From Octopus sinensis (lineage: Eukaryota), in NCBI RefSeq assembly GCF_006345805.1, contig NC_043004.1, positions 38,068,001 to 38,132,000 of the forward strand: DNA of 64,000 nucleotides, given 5' to 3'. The notes under the pieces are model-generated. The model was not told where the DNA came from. It worked only from the letters and a program-made list of their open reading frames with translations, and searched no databases. Shown here one piece after another: positions 25,182 through 38,819 of this stretch. Made by a program: the position numbers and the translations under genes. Every line of letters starts with the position of its first letter. Positions within the stretch are counted from its first letter, which is position 1.

Positions 25182-26497
25182 ACGCACAAACACATCGTTT
25201 CTGTTTATTACTTCGTACATATTCATAAAATATATTTGTATGCCAGGTAAACATGGACTTCCCATACAGACAACAATTTCGTCTAATTGGCCCTTCACTC
25301 GAATATACACTCAATGTCGACGCTTTGCTTGTGGAGACAACTGGATGATAAGCAATACCGCTCGTAGGCCATTTCTCTTCAGAGGACAAAAGCTTAATGC
25401 TTTAAAAATCGCATATCAACTTTCTTCGCTCTACATTTGTTTGCAATTGGTTTTTAATGGCACTAGTCACACGTTTTATGTAGCTGTAGTTCACTTTTAT
25501 GGTTATCTTACTCTGAAAAATTGCATGTGGAAACTATAGTTTCTCTGGAAGTATATTCTTAATAGGACGAGAGTTGCCTTGTTATACAGGATTTTACAGC
25601 AGTATTATAAAATCAAGTGACTGCCTCTGTTGTAAAACCAGAGTAAAACTGGAAAAAGCCTACAATAATGTAACTGCATGAAGCATATTTTTCTCTAATG
25701 CGAAAAGCTATATCTTTATTTAACGGTTTTCTTACTAATATTTTAGAGCGGTTACTAAATGATGATTTTTAAGGCTTGATTCCCTCTTATATATGTTACG
25801 TAATAATGTCTCACAGAACTATTTAGCATCCTGGTTAATGGTGGCTAACAACTGTCATGCAATTGCTGAACAATAGTGCTTTGCTGTCCAAAGAGCAACT
25901 TTGTAGAAACGAGTATTAGCCATGCTAATTTTTCTGCTCGTAGCAAGTCAACAAGCTTCACAGTATGGAAAAACGACCACGGCTACTTCCCAAGTTGACC
26001 GTATTATGATATCAACTGATTATATCTCATGAAAAAACGGGAAAATAAGCTGGAGATCAGCGCAAAGAGGCCCCTTGAGTGTTATCTGCTAGTACACACT
26101 GTAACTGCTTAAGAACAACAGAGAGGAAGTAAAATAAATACATCAACCAAGAGCTCAAAACTGAGGAGTGCAACATGATACGTATCGTAACAGAACCTCA
26201 AGGAGCTCTAAGTTCTCGGAAAAGTTCCTTGCGAACTCAAGACGGTTGAGTAAATGTATCAATACGCACTATTTATTCATCAACTACATACTAAATCTAA
26301 TAATACTTCAAATCATAGCCTACAGTCAGATAAATAGGATACATTTGATAATGTATTCTCTAATACAGAAAAGAGAGTCAGCATGATCACGATTGGGATA
26401 TCTTTGATAAAAGCTCAGCTCAGTCATGGTTAACTCGAGACTACACAACAGCAACAGCAACTACAACCACAAAAACAAGTACGAACAATCCTTAGGT

Positions 26498-26987
26498 GAG
26501 ACAAGCTGACACTGAATTAGCCTCGCTGATTGACAGGTGACGGTCTCGTTTAGAGAATGCGTGGGCTAAGACTACGCGCCTTCATGGGCCAGTTAAAGTT
26601 GAGACAGAGTCACGTGACAACTTACTGGGGCTGACTGCTGGAGCCTAGCAGCAGGTATTTAAAGGGATATTTGATAAGACAGTCAGTCACCCGCTGACAT
26701 TCGTTGACGCTACATCGAAGAGGCCAGGGAACAGAAGAAAGAAGACATGCACTCAACACCAGAGCTGAAGACACCTCCGAAAGAGAGAGGCAGCACGTCA
26801 AAACGGTAGAGGAGTAGGGGCCGAAACAGGATATGGTTCCTCCTGATGATGTCTTGTGCTAACTGGATCCTGTAAAGGAGCTGTTGTGGTAACAGACCGC
26901 GAAAAACAGTTGAAATTCCTCCATGTACTGAGTGATGTAAGATTAAGGTGCAACTGCCAGGCAAGTTGAGAGTGAGACACGCTTACA
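26498..26987 (+). mobile_element. Possible solo LTR (unverified)
   Basis: GC-richer ~490-bp block starting TG(agac) and ending (gctta)CA with internal TATTTAAA; no TSD or second copy found. Confidence 0.25.
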
Positions 26988-27285
26988 GTCTCTGATCAAA
27001 GAAGTAATTTAATTTAAATTTCCTCACCAATGCTTTGCATGCACAAAGCCGCGTGTATCGCATTCGCCTCTGTTGCTATTTTCCTAAAAGTACAAAGGGT
27101 GTTGTTCTCATTGAATGCGCTACGTCATAATGCGGGTGCTAGAAGCAAGCGCTCCTAATTAATTGTGAGCAAACATACATATGTACGCATATACGTACGT
27201 ATGTACGTATGTATGCATTACATATGTCAATATATATAAGCATGCATATGTATAAATATATGTATTATATACATGTATGTCTATG

Positions 27286-27342
<57 letters not shown>

Positions 27343-27674
27343 GTGTGTGTGTGTGTGTGCGTGAGTGCATATATGCGTCATTTATGGTCTGTAATTTGAA
27401 CCAGTACAAATCTCATCGCCGAATGGAGTTAAGATTGCAATAACCCATTCATATCAACAAACCCTTAACAATAATTTTCCATTACAATCTCTAAGTGTTT
27501 AAATTAGTCTTCAAAGACACTTATCTCCCACCACATACTTGCAAGGTCAACACTCCCTTATAAAAACTGCAATTCATTTCATCTTACAACAGCTCAACTG
27601 GAGTAGATGGCAACTCTTAATATAATACATACATACACACACATACATATATTTATGCATAAATATGTATATAA

Positions 27675-27744
<70 letters not shown>

Positions 27745-27784
27745 TACATACATACATACATACCATACATACATACATACATGG

Positions 27785-28335
27785 TGGCTGCCCTCTCGCG
27801 ATCGGGTATTCAGTCCGATTATTTCTATGTCCCCGCGCATGATACAGCCTTAAGACTTTTATTGGATGGCCGTTGACTGTCAAGAGTTCCTCTGCCCTTT
27901 GACCACCGTTGAATGAGCTACATTAGTATGTGAAACCACCTCTGATACATGGCACTTGGTCAACAAGGGAGTTCGACGCCGCTGCCCGCATCTGTGTTTC
28001 CTGTCGAGAGGTAGGTTCATCTGGAACCCCTGACAAGAAGATATCCAGTTTAGCTTTAAAGAAATCTACATCCACACCATGCAGGTCTCTCAGGCATTTA
28101 GGAAGGACATTGAAGAGCTGTGGTCCCCTGAAACCAAGCTGTTACAGTATCTGGTCTTATATTTTGATTGTGATGTTGGGATCTTTGGCACCATGCAGGG
28201 GTGCCCTGTTCTGCTGTTGGGGTAACTTTGAATGCCAAAATTCGGGACAAGACCCTCCAGGATTTTCCAGATGTATATCACTGCACATCTCTCCCGCCTT
28301 CGCTCCAGGGAGAAGAGTTTTAATACTTTCAGTCT
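27785..28335 (-). mobile_element. CR1/L2-group LINE 3' fragment (ORF2 C-terminus plus 3' UTR), copy 1
   Basis: RLKVLKLFSLERRRERCAVIYIWKILEGLVPN...CNSL/GFRGPQLFNVLPKCLRDLHGVDVDFFKAKLDIFLSGVPDEP; ends at a (TATG)n tail. Confidence 0.8.
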
Positions 28336-29014
28336 ATTAAAACATATATGTATATACATATGTGTGTGTACGTGTGTGTGTGTAGTATATGTATACATGA
28401 GTATATATGTTTTCGTATATATCTGTATATGTGTAAGGCATCGCGTTCAAATTTATCAGCAGGATAGAATTAAAGCGTAAGATAAACAAAACCATTCATA
28501 TAGCTCAGTTTTGCATTAATAAAAACTTATTAAATACCGTTTACTCATAGTGATAGTAAACACTGATAACTACAGAAGTGTACTCTCTGCTATTTGCTTG
28601 TTTAGTTGAATAGACATTTGATTATACACCCTGATACATGTACTTATTACGACTGGGTGTCTTGATCTGTGTATATTGTTCTACATGTACCAGTTCACAG
28701 ACACAACAGTCATGCTAGACACAACAGAAGCAATGTTATATATCTATGTATATATATAGGCATTCTATGTAAACACCCAGAATTTTTACTTGCAAAATAG
28801 TCTTTATAGTTGTTCACTGAAGCATGACTTGTCCTGCTGTGGACAAATATAGCCTTCCTGTTCTGTTACCTATATAAATGTGCCTGTCTGTGTGTGTTTG
28901 CATGTGTGTGGAGAAACACAAAAATTCATGCGTTTATATATAACTGTCTATATATGTTAAAACATGTGCGTATGTATTTACATTTTTATATATGCTTATA
29001 TATACACGAGCATA

Positions 29015-29053
<39 letters not shown>

Positions 29054-29119
29054 TACATACATACAACATACATACATACATACCATACATACATACATAC
29101 ATACATACATACATACATG

Positions 29120-29675
29120 GTGGCTGCCCTCTCGCGATCGGGTATTCAGTCCGATTATTTCTATGTCCCCGCGCATGATACAGCCTTAAGACTTTTATTG
29201 GATGGCCGTTGACTGTCAAGAGTTCCTCTGCCCTTTGACCACCGTTGAATGAGCTACATTAGTATGTGAAACCACCTCTGATACATGGCACTTGGTCAAC
29301 AAGGGAGTTCGACGCCGCTGCCCGCATCTGTGTTTCCTGTCGAGAGGTAGGTTCATCTGGAACCCCTGACAAGAAGATATCCAGTTTAGCTTTAAAGAAA
29401 TCTACATCCACACCATGCAGGTCTCTCAGGCATTTAGGAAGGACATTGAAGAGCTGTGGTCCCCTGAAACCCAAGCTGTTACAGTATCTGGTCTTATATT
29501 TTGATTGGTGATGTTGGGATCTTTGGCACCATGCAGGGGTGCCCTGTTCTGCTGTTGGGGTAACTTTGAATGCCAAAATTCGGGACAAGACCCTCCAGGA
29601 TTTTCCAGATGTATATCACTGCACATCTCTCCCGCCTTCGCTCCAGGGAGAAGAGTTTTAATACTTTCAGTCTAT
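29120..29675 (-). mobile_element. CR1/L2-group LINE 3' fragment, copy 2
   Basis: As copy 1 (ORF track 29259-29588 and 29494-29736). Confidence 0.8.
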
Positions 29676-30421
29676 TAAAACATATATGTATATACATATG
29701 TGTGTGTACGTGTGTGTGTGTAGTATATGTATACATGAGTATATATGTTTTCGTATATATCTGTATATGTGTAAGGCATCGCGTTCAAATTTATCAGCAG
29801 GATAGAATTAAAGCGTAAGATAAACAAAACCATTCATATAGCTCAGTTTTGCATTAATAAAAACTTATTAAATACCGTTTACTCATAGTGATAGTAAACA
29901 CTGATAACTACAGAAGTGTACTCTCTGCTATTTGCTTGTTTAGTTGAATAGACATTTGATTATACACCCTGATACATGTACTTATTACGACTGGGTGTCT
30001 TGATCTGTGTATATTGTTCTACATGTACCAGTTCACAGACACAACAGTCATGCTAGACACAACAGAAGCAATGTTATATATCTATGTATGTATATATATA
30101 GGCATTCTATGTAAACACCCAGAAATTTTACTTGCAAAATAGTCTTTATAGTTGTTCATTGAAGCATGACTTGTCCTGCTGTGGACAAATATAGCCTTCC
30201 TGTTCTGTTACCTATATAAATGTGCCTGTCTGTGTGTGTTTGCATGTGTGTGGAGAAACACAAAAATTCATGCGTTTATATATAACTGTCTATATATGTT
30301 AAAACATGTGCGTATGTATTTACATTTTTATATATGCTTATATATACACGAGCATATATATATATATATACATACAAGTACATATATGCGCATATATATA
30401 TATAAATATAAATATATATGT

Positions 30422-30540
30422 ATGTCACGTCACGTGACCGACCAGTCCATCAGATGTAGTTACACATCGCTGGTCACAATGCGTTCGCATTGTTTTAGCC
30501 TTCGAATGACGCCACCCCGCTGGCTAAGCGAGTAGGCCAT
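30422..30540 (-). mobile_element. SINE family B 3' fragment
   Basis: Reverse complement of 3780-3895. Confidence 0.75.
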
Positions 30541-30559
30541 ATATATGTATGTATGTATG

Positions 30560-30625
<66 letters not shown>

Positions 30626-30757
30626 TGTATATATATATTTACATTAGCGTCAAATGGAGAAGCGGTGATGAGTGAGAATTCTGCAAATAATATTTATAAG
30701 TTTAAAGCTTTGAATATTGAAGCATATAAGCCCCAAACAGAGAAAAGTAGATATTTT

Positions 30758-30828
30758 TGTACGCATTGGAATCGAACCCACACCTCTTACACTCTCAATA
30801 AGTGTGCTGACCATTTACACCAGCATAC
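30758..30828 (-). mobile_element. Degenerate tRNA-like sequence (SINE head or tRNA pseudogene)
   Basis: Minus strand gctggtgtaaatggtcagcacac...gtgggttcgattccaatgcgt has A- and B-box motifs; no convincing cloverleaf. Confidence 0.5.
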
Positions 30829-31115
30829 CCAGTCACTTCTTTCCGTTAGATTCAAGAGCTGTAATATCAGTGCTGTTTTTTAAAGAAACAGACTTGTGTG
30901 TTTGACTTATGTTCTCATCTTAGTTCTTATAATCCACATTCGTCAGTCTATATATGGCATACAGTCCGTCTGGAGCCTGTGGTATTCGTTGTTATTGGAA
31001 TCTGGAACCGGATTCTTTATTATATCTACTGGGTAGTTCGTTGCTCTGTTTCTCGTTTCGGAAACATAGTCCATGCTACATGTAATATCGCTTATTCATT
31101 ACTCTTCAACAAGAC

Positions 31116-31148
<33 letters not shown>

Positions 31149-31164
31149 GTATATATATCAGTCA

Positions 31165-31351
31165 GCATGATAGATCGTTAGCCACTACACACCTTTTTTT
31201 TCTTTCCTTGTTTTTTTTTTCTGTGTCCCTTTCTGTAGAAGAGCGTAGGCTTGAAACGTAAAAGACTTTTTCTATTCTTGAGCGTTATACTAATACATCT
31301 GTTTGTTTTGTACACCACCTGTCTTCGTCTTTTGTGTTTTCCGTAAAGTCT

Positions 31352-31355
<4 letters not shown>
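31165..31355 (+). mobile_element. Penelope-like family P1 copy; hammerhead-like motif at 31229-31264
   Basis: cttt-CTGTAGA-A-gagc-gtag-gctt-GAAAC-GTA-aaag. Confidence 0.7.
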
Positions 31356-31421
<66 letters not shown>

Positions 31422-32726
31422 TATGTGTGTTTGTGTGGTTGCTATTATGCAAAAGTGTCTTAAAGCCAAAACATAGCTTCACTGTTCCATAGTAAAACTA
31501 GTGTACTATACTTTCACAATTTTTGATATCTTGGCATCTGAAGCAGCTGCACATATGATGGTTTGGCCAAAAGAACCGGCTATTGCAAGCAAAAATAGAT
31601 ATTGAAAAATTTGGACATACGACAGTTCAACATGATAGCAACGATATATACATATATGAACAGTACCACAAATCCCCAGTCCTCAGCATTTTCTAACTGT
31701 CTATTCGCATGCTCTCACCCTTTGTACATCACCCCATGTGTTCCACCGCACGAGAATACGTGCGGGTGCGCGCATGTACGTGACTGCGCATATACATCTG
31801 CTCACTGTATGCATACCCACGGATTATGTGCGTAAGCGTACATGTGCACCCGTGCGTGTGCATGTATGTACTCGTATAGACTTGCGTGTGCGCGCGTATT
31901 TGTGCATATGTACATGGAGATAAAGGTGTGCACGCGTGTGTGTGTGTGTCCGTGTGTGTGTGTGTATATGTGTATGTCTGTGTGTGTGCATGCTCGCACG
32001 CGGTTGTGTGAATGTACCGCTAAGCACACATATATTCGTATAAGTACGGATGCATATATATGGGCATATACGCGTATACATATGGGCATATACACGTACA
32101 CATAGGGGCAGATACACGTACACATATAGATATATACACCCATATCTACCATCCCTTCCTACTTCCCCAACCACACGATAGATTTCTTGTTCGCCACGTG
32201 GTCGATTTCCTCTTCCACATGCAGTATTTTCCAAGTAATTGGTGTCGCTGAAATGCAAACATCATACCTTAATAAAGCGTGACCTTTCTCGACCAATTGC
32301 ACATATATTTATATTCAGATATAAGTGTGGCTGCGTAGTAAGAAGTTGGCTTCCTAATAATATGATGCTGCGTGTTTAGTCCCAGAGAGTATCTTCTACC
32401 GTAGCCCCGGAAAGAAGCCAGTTTCATGTATGTATGTATGTATGTATGTATGTATGTATGTATGTATGTATGTATGCATGCATGTATATATGTATGTGCG
32501 TGGGTGCATGTATATATATATATATATATATATACTGTTGCGTCTGGGGAGAGTCATTCTCTTTTTGTACCTTATTATTTAACACACACACCGGTAAAAT
32601 TTCCACTTATTTCGTCTTTTTATTTTCCTAAAATTTTCGTTGCGTCTTGCAACCTTTTCAATAGTCTTGAATATGCTTCAACACACGAACTCATATAAAG
32701 AATCTTGCAAACCAAATTCCAAAACG

Positions 32727-32771
<45 letters not shown>

Positions 32772-32775
32772 ATAT

Positions 32776-32817
<42 letters not shown>

Positions 32818-32820
32818 AAG

Positions 32821-32853
<33 letters not shown>

Positions 32854-33299
32854 CATACATACATACATACATAATCAACAGAATTAGTTAAGAGAAATAG
32901 CTCAGAGGGGTCAGTGATATATATTTGATATATATTTGAACAACACGCAATATAGGTAAATACAAATATATGAAATACCATGCAAAATAAATTCTTGATT
33001 CATTCAAATTATCTCGTCTCTAGATAATATATCATAATTACCAAATATCATTTAAGCTCGGTGTAAATCATATAATCGCAACGTTTAAGTTCTCTTCAAA
33101 ACTGACGTGCAACTAAAGAAAAAGGACAGGTGTCCTTACTTCTGATGGTAAGTGGACAGTCGTAGATAACTGACTGAATTCACGCCCAGAAATCAATTTA
33201 TTAAAACTTCCTGTATTGGTTATTCCCTGTAAAACAACTTATTTTGTGGTTGTGGGTTTATTGTTCTTTATTATTTAATTATAGCGACTTCTTTAATTA

Positions 33300-33512
33300 T
33301 AAAGGTAGCGAGCTGGCATAATTATAAGCACACGGAACAAAACGCTTAGTGGCATTTCGTCCGGCTTTACGTTCTGACCCCGAAACGATCAAAGGTAAAG
33401 TCGACCGAAGGGTCAATAAAATAAGTACTAGTTGAGTACTGGGGTCAATGTAATCGACTTTCCCGAATCCCAGTAGCTGCTGGCCTTGTGCCAAAATTTG
33501 AAAGCAATTATT
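33300..33512 (+). mobile_element. SINE family D, internally deleted
   Basis: aaggtagcgagctggca...gggtcaataaaataagtactagttgagtactggggtc...ggccttgtgccaaaatttgaaa. Confidence 0.7.
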
Positions 33513-33924
33513 GACTCCTATAATATGATTCTGTCAGTTTTCAGTTTTTTTCAGTGTTAATCTATATCGTTTTGACTTGGTTTTTTCAGCACCTGCTAAC
33601 TTCTCTTTGCTCATCCTACATAAATAATCAATCAAGCTTAAGCTTTCTGTGCCCCTTTCACCACAAGTTATAACTTTGCGATTTTTTTCTAACCTTTCTA
33701 GATTTACTTGGCTTACTTTTAACTAGGCTGCTGTTTTCAACTTTATGCTCACTATTATAATTGCATGGGATGGAATGCACATAATTCTACGTAATGATCT
33801 CTCCTGATTGCGGCTTTCTTCGGTACGGACATCTCTGTTGTGTTGAACAGCTTTCGAATACTCTTCTGCTGTTTTGTTGGCCTGGCTCTCCGTCGGTTAT
33901 GACGACAAGCATTTAGTTGATCGG

Positions 33925-34335
33925 TTATGACGATCAACCAGACAGCATACTCGTGAAATTAACGTGCAAGTGTCTTAGAATTCTACAGACACGAATACCT
34001 TTAATGTACGAGAGGGTACTGAAAAGTTCTTTGATTTAAGGACATCGTGAACGGCCTGGTGGGAGGCTCAATCTTTCGAGTTCTTTTTCAGGGCGTAGAA
34101 AAACTGAGGGACCGTACTGCAGTACGTGTGTAAATACGAGAGGGGAATATGTTGGATAAAAACACAATGAACTGATTCCCCTCTATTTTCTTTTACCCAA
34201 AGCCAGGAACGTTTCATCACCTCCTCGAAGTTCTCAGGGAGATTCAGTGTGACAGAAAATATGACAAGGCTGGCCCTTTGAATTACAAGTACAATTCATT
34301 TTTGCCAGCTCAGTGAACTGGTGCAAGGAGAAATA
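33925..34335 (-). mobile_element. SINE family C interrupted by a mariner-derived MITE (34009-34227)
   Basis: SINE C sequence resumes across the insert (...ttaatgTA | cgagagggtactgaaaagttc...ggaacgtttcatcacctcctcg | AAgttctcagggagattcag). Confidence 0.75.
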
Positions 34336-34748
34336 AAACGACTTTAGCCATTACACTGTTTGTATGAACGACACATCAAAAGCGTTTCCGATGTTTCTTA
34401 TGCTATATACTTCCGCTTTTGTCTTCATGAATACTAACCAAATGATAAATAAATAAAAGCAGAAAGAAAGAAAAATAATGAAAAATGAATTTATGAAAAT
34501 AGAGCAAATAATTCCTTCTGTTGTGTTGCAAAACATGGTAAAACAAAGGCATGCGGAAACGATGTCAACATATTCAAAGATTCTGGTTGTTTGCTAAATA
34601 TTAGGATAATAGAATAAGACTGCATTTGTATCAGATTCAAGGATGTGCATGAAGTGAAACTGTAAAAGACAATCTAGACCGGCCCCGCCACATCCACACA
34701 CATATATAGATACATACACATGCATATACTTATATAGACAGACATATA

Positions 34749-34963
34749 CGAGGAGGTGCTGAAGAGTTCCTGGCTTTAAGAGTGTCGCGAAAGACCTGGT
34801 CGGAGGCCCAACATAACGAGTTCTTTTACAGGACTTAGAAAAAATAAAGGAGCGCTGTATTGTGTGTGAAAATGAGAGGGGGATATATTAAATAAAATCA
34901 TAATTAACTGATCCTCTTGTATTTTCTTTTGCCAAATGCCAGGTATCTTTCAGCACCCCTTCG
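34749..34963. mobile_element. Mariner-derived MITE with TA TSD
   Basis: TA|cgaggaggtgctgaagagttcctggc ... gccaggtatctttcagcaccccttcg|TA; internally homologous to 34009-34227. Confidence 0.8.
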
Positions 34964-35044
34964 TAAACGCTCGCGCGTGCGCGAAGCAATTTGGCAAAGC
35001 CTTTTGAGGGTTGAATGCTTTTTAATATTTATTCTCTGTGAGCT

Positions 35045-35520
35045 TATCTCTTTACTACCCACAAGGGGCTAAACACAGAGAGGACAATCAAGGACAGACA
35101 AACGGATTAAGTCGATTACATCGACCCCAGCGCGTAACTGGTACTTACTTTATCGACCTCGAAAGGATGAAAGGTAAAGTTGACCTCGGCGGAATTTGAA
35201 CTCAGAACGTAACGACAGACGAAATACGGCTACGCATTTCGCCCGGCGTACTAACGTTTCTGCCAGCTCGCCGCCTTACACACATATATATTTGTTTACT
35301 ACCCACAAGGGGCTAAACATAGAGGGGACAAACAAGTACAAACAAAGGGATTAAGTCGATTACATCGACCCCAGTGCGAAACTGGTACTTAAGTTATCGA
35401 CCCCGAAAGGATGAATGGCAAAGTCGACCTTGGCGGAATTTGAACTCAGAACTAACGGCAGACGAAATACCGCTAGGAATTTCGCCCGGCGTGCTAACGT
35501 TTCTGCCAGCTCGCCGCCTT
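35045..35520 (-). mobile_element. Two tandem SINE D copies with the alternative 3' tail
   Basis: tttactacccacaaggggctaaaca...tttctgccagctcgccgcctt at ~35051-35278 and ~35295-35520. Confidence 0.85.
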
Positions 35521-36222
35521 ACTCACACACATATATTAAAGCAAAAATGAGCTACGAGAAATAGTTCAAGGGTCAATATTAGCGTGTATTTGAGCAAAAA
35601 ATAGTTATATTAAATATCATAAAAGATAAAGTCTTGAAGTTATCTCCGGTCTCAGAAAAGGTAGAGCAATCGTCTGGGGACAAATGAGAAGGAGGCAAGA
35701 ATAAAAGGTTCCTTAAAAATCAATATACCTTTAACAAAATGGTAGTTTGATTGTCATATATTTCGGAACAAGCGTTTCTGCATCAAGAAATAGACAAGCA
35801 GGTGAGAGAAATAAAGATAACCTTGCAACAAAATTTGTAAAACTAAGCGAGTGGACGGAAAAACGAATCATTGCGAATCAATGATAAATATCAAAAATGA
35901 AATCATTGGTTATTTAGAGAAATTAATAGAAAAGAGAATCTTGCAAAAAAAGTATGAAAAATGGGAAATTTTATAGAATCAGAGAAAGAAATAGACTAAA
36001 AAATATCATAAAAAGTAGGAAATCTAGCTATAATGATACCCGAATGTAAATGACTGATGAATAACTGCTTTCTCTTTAATAATGACGGAACAATCTCTGA
36101 TGACGAGCTAAAAATTCTATTCTCAGGAATGGAAAGAGATCCATCAATTTACATAGTTCACTCCGTCTCTCTATCTTTTTTATTGTATGTGTGTGTGCGT
36201 ATATAAATATATATATTATATA

Positions 36223-36278
<56 letters not shown>

Positions 36279-36317
36279 GTATGTATGTATATATATATAT
36301 ATATATTTACACATATC

Positions 36318-36355
<38 letters not shown>

Positions 36356-36379
36356 TGAATATATGTATGTGTATGTGTC

Positions 36380-36424
<45 letters not shown>

Positions 36425-37230
36425 ATGTGTGCATGTATACATATGTCTGTGTGTGTGTATAAATATATATATATACATACATGCATACATAGAAACATAC
36501 ATACATACATACATACATACATAATTACATACTTATTTGCATATCTATTCCTTTCTCTTTAATTTCAATATTGCCTTTCTATCTTCGTTTATACTTTTTA
36601 TACAAGTTAAAGAAATACGCACTTTTTATACTGATGGATATTTCTTCGTGCATATATTAGTGTACAAACGTGCGTGCATGTGTATGTGTGCGTTTATATG
36701 GAAGAACGAGAGGAGAAAGTGAAACAGATTGAGAGAGGTAGAGATATAGTAAGTTGGCAAATGTATTAAGAGTCCGATGCGGATACAGAGCCTCATTGAC
36801 TATTGCTTCCCTAGTTGGAGATTGAGAAATATAAATCTCAATTGTATGGATTCTCACACTGATGTCGATGTTGTTGAAATTAAATTTAGTTGATATCGAT
36901 TATTAGATAAAACTGGTAGAAGAAAAGCATAAACAAAGTAGAGAAACGTATTGCTACCGGCAGGTAATTCTAGTGTGTGGTAAGTCACAAAGCACTAGAA
37001 TGGACTGAAGAAAACAACACATTCTGTTGAACTCTTTGACTTATTCCTTTTTCATATTTGGGCAACCTATGTAAGGTTTCTCTTAGCTTACCTTTAGTAA
37101 CATTACAACACATTTTAAAATCACTTTCACTAGCATTGCTCAAAGATGTTTTAAAATATTTATTATATTTACATGCACACATATCCATGTACACTAATAT
37201 GCATACATATACACGTACAGACGCACATCG

Positions 37231-37261
<31 letters not shown>

Positions 37262-37343
37262 TGTATGTATGTATGTATGTATGTATGTATGTATGTATGT
37301 ATGTATGTACGTACGTACGTACGTCTGTGTGTGTGTATGTATG

Positions 37344-37377
<34 letters not shown>

Positions 37378-38130
37378 TGTATGAGTGTCTTGGCGACAGA
37401 AATGTGGTGATGTAGGTGGGTAAACCTGACAGCTTGAACGCAAGTAGTCACCAAACATATACTAGGATGGTGTCTTGTTGCCGTCCAAAACAACAATGAG
37501 TTTAGATTACTGACTACATGTCTTAACAACCGTATGTAGTGTCCACTTGGTGCCCAATGGATTTCTAGAAAGGGTGAAACAAAAATCGACTGTCTTTTGC
37601 GAATGTCGAAAGTCCACAGATTTTTGCGTTCCAAAATCAAATGAATTATAAAGTCTGGTTGAAGCATAAATATTCCGTGTTTGTATGTTCGTACACTGCT
37701 GAATAAAAAGCTTTAACGTAGGACTGAAAGATGTATTTTATTTGTTACCAAACCAGAGCCGATGTAACCTAGATACAACTCTCCTATTAGAAGTTCATTT
37801 TGGAGGCGATTATTTACTTGACGAAACCTGGAGTAGTTTTTTGCCATTTTCTGTTGGAGAAATCAAAAAGAAAAGCGCAGAGGTGTTGTTGGTTTTGCAA
37901 TCCGTTCTCAAATGTTTAAAAAATTTAAAGCGCTTCTTATTCTTATAAATGAATAATAATGGTGGTGACGCAATGTTGCTGCTGCTGACGATGCTGACGA
38001 CGACGACGGCGGCGGCGATGCTGATTAAGATTAACAATGCAAATGCATCAAAATAGTAACAACAGAGATTTAAATTTTTAGCCTAGTCTGTCTCCAGAGT
38101 GTGTCTGCTCTTAATTCATAGCAGATTATT

Positions 38131-38169
<39 letters not shown>

Positions 38170-38170
<1 letters not shown>

Positions 38171-38521
38171 TATTTATTTATTTTTACTTGTTTCAGTCAT
38201 TTGACTGCGGCCATGCTGGAGCACCGCCTTTAGTCGAGCAAATCGACCCCGGGACTTATTCTTTGTAAGCCCAGTACTTATTCTTTGGCTCTCTTTTGCC
38301 TAACCGCTAAGTGACGGGGGACGTAAACACACCAGCATCGGTTGTCAAGCAATGCTAGGGGGACAAACACAGACAAACAAACACACACACACATACATAT
38401 ATATATATACATATATATATATGTATAGTAGAAGACACTTGCCCAAGATGCTACGCAGTGGGACTGAACCCGGAACCATGTGGCTGGTAAGCAAGCTACT
38501 TACCACACAGCCACTCCTGCG
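38170..38521 (-). mobile_element. SINE family A with internal deletion
   Basis: Reverse-complement match to 56664-57041, lacking the central gccttgtgagtgg block. Confidence 0.85.
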
Positions 38522-38819
38522 ACTATACGCGCTTCATTATTTTAGATATAGTTATGTAAGCTGAAGGAAGCAGAGAGATTTCTCTGCAGTGCCTCGTAGT
38601 GCTACTTTCTGTATGTTGCGCATATACGAAAATCCTGGGGTTCGGGTTATGTTTTGTCTGCATGGTTTTTCTCTTTTATCATTCATAGAGACCCTTTGTT
38701 TCTTTTTGGAGGCCTCACATTCGGGTTATCACTGTTTCCAGGTTTTCATATTTGGAAAATTTCTCCTCTTTTAGAGGTACATCATCCTCTGTTGAGATTG
38801 ATAGTTCCATTTTATTACT

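Larger units (their letters stand above)
27781..30357. repeat. Near-identical tandem duplication, period ~1336 bp (27781-29015 vs 29117-30357)
   Basis: atggtggctgccctctcgcg at 27781 and 29117; colinear to atacacgagcatata; only a few differences seen by eye. Confidence 0.95.

Noticed and set aside
25620-26300. LEKAYNNV-like RT motif on the plus strand
   Set aside because: Single weak motif; could not trace QG or YADD motifs, so too degenerate to call.
26818-26860. CCGAAAC...CCTGATGA resembling a permuted (type II) hammerhead
   Set aside because: Stem II does not pair and stem I is too short.
35540-36180. A-rich block ending near CTGATGACGAG (possible decayed Penelope)
   Set aside because: No interpretable protein motif and no complete ribozyme core.
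36967-37001. Short hairpin attctagtg-tgtg-gtaagt-caca-aag-cactagaat
   Set aside because: Too short for a pre-miRNA, single copy, no terminal TE signature.
37194-37667. 157-aa minus ORF with a non-repetitive N-terminal half
   Set aside because: No homology recognised, runs into a TATG repeat, no convincing splice donor.
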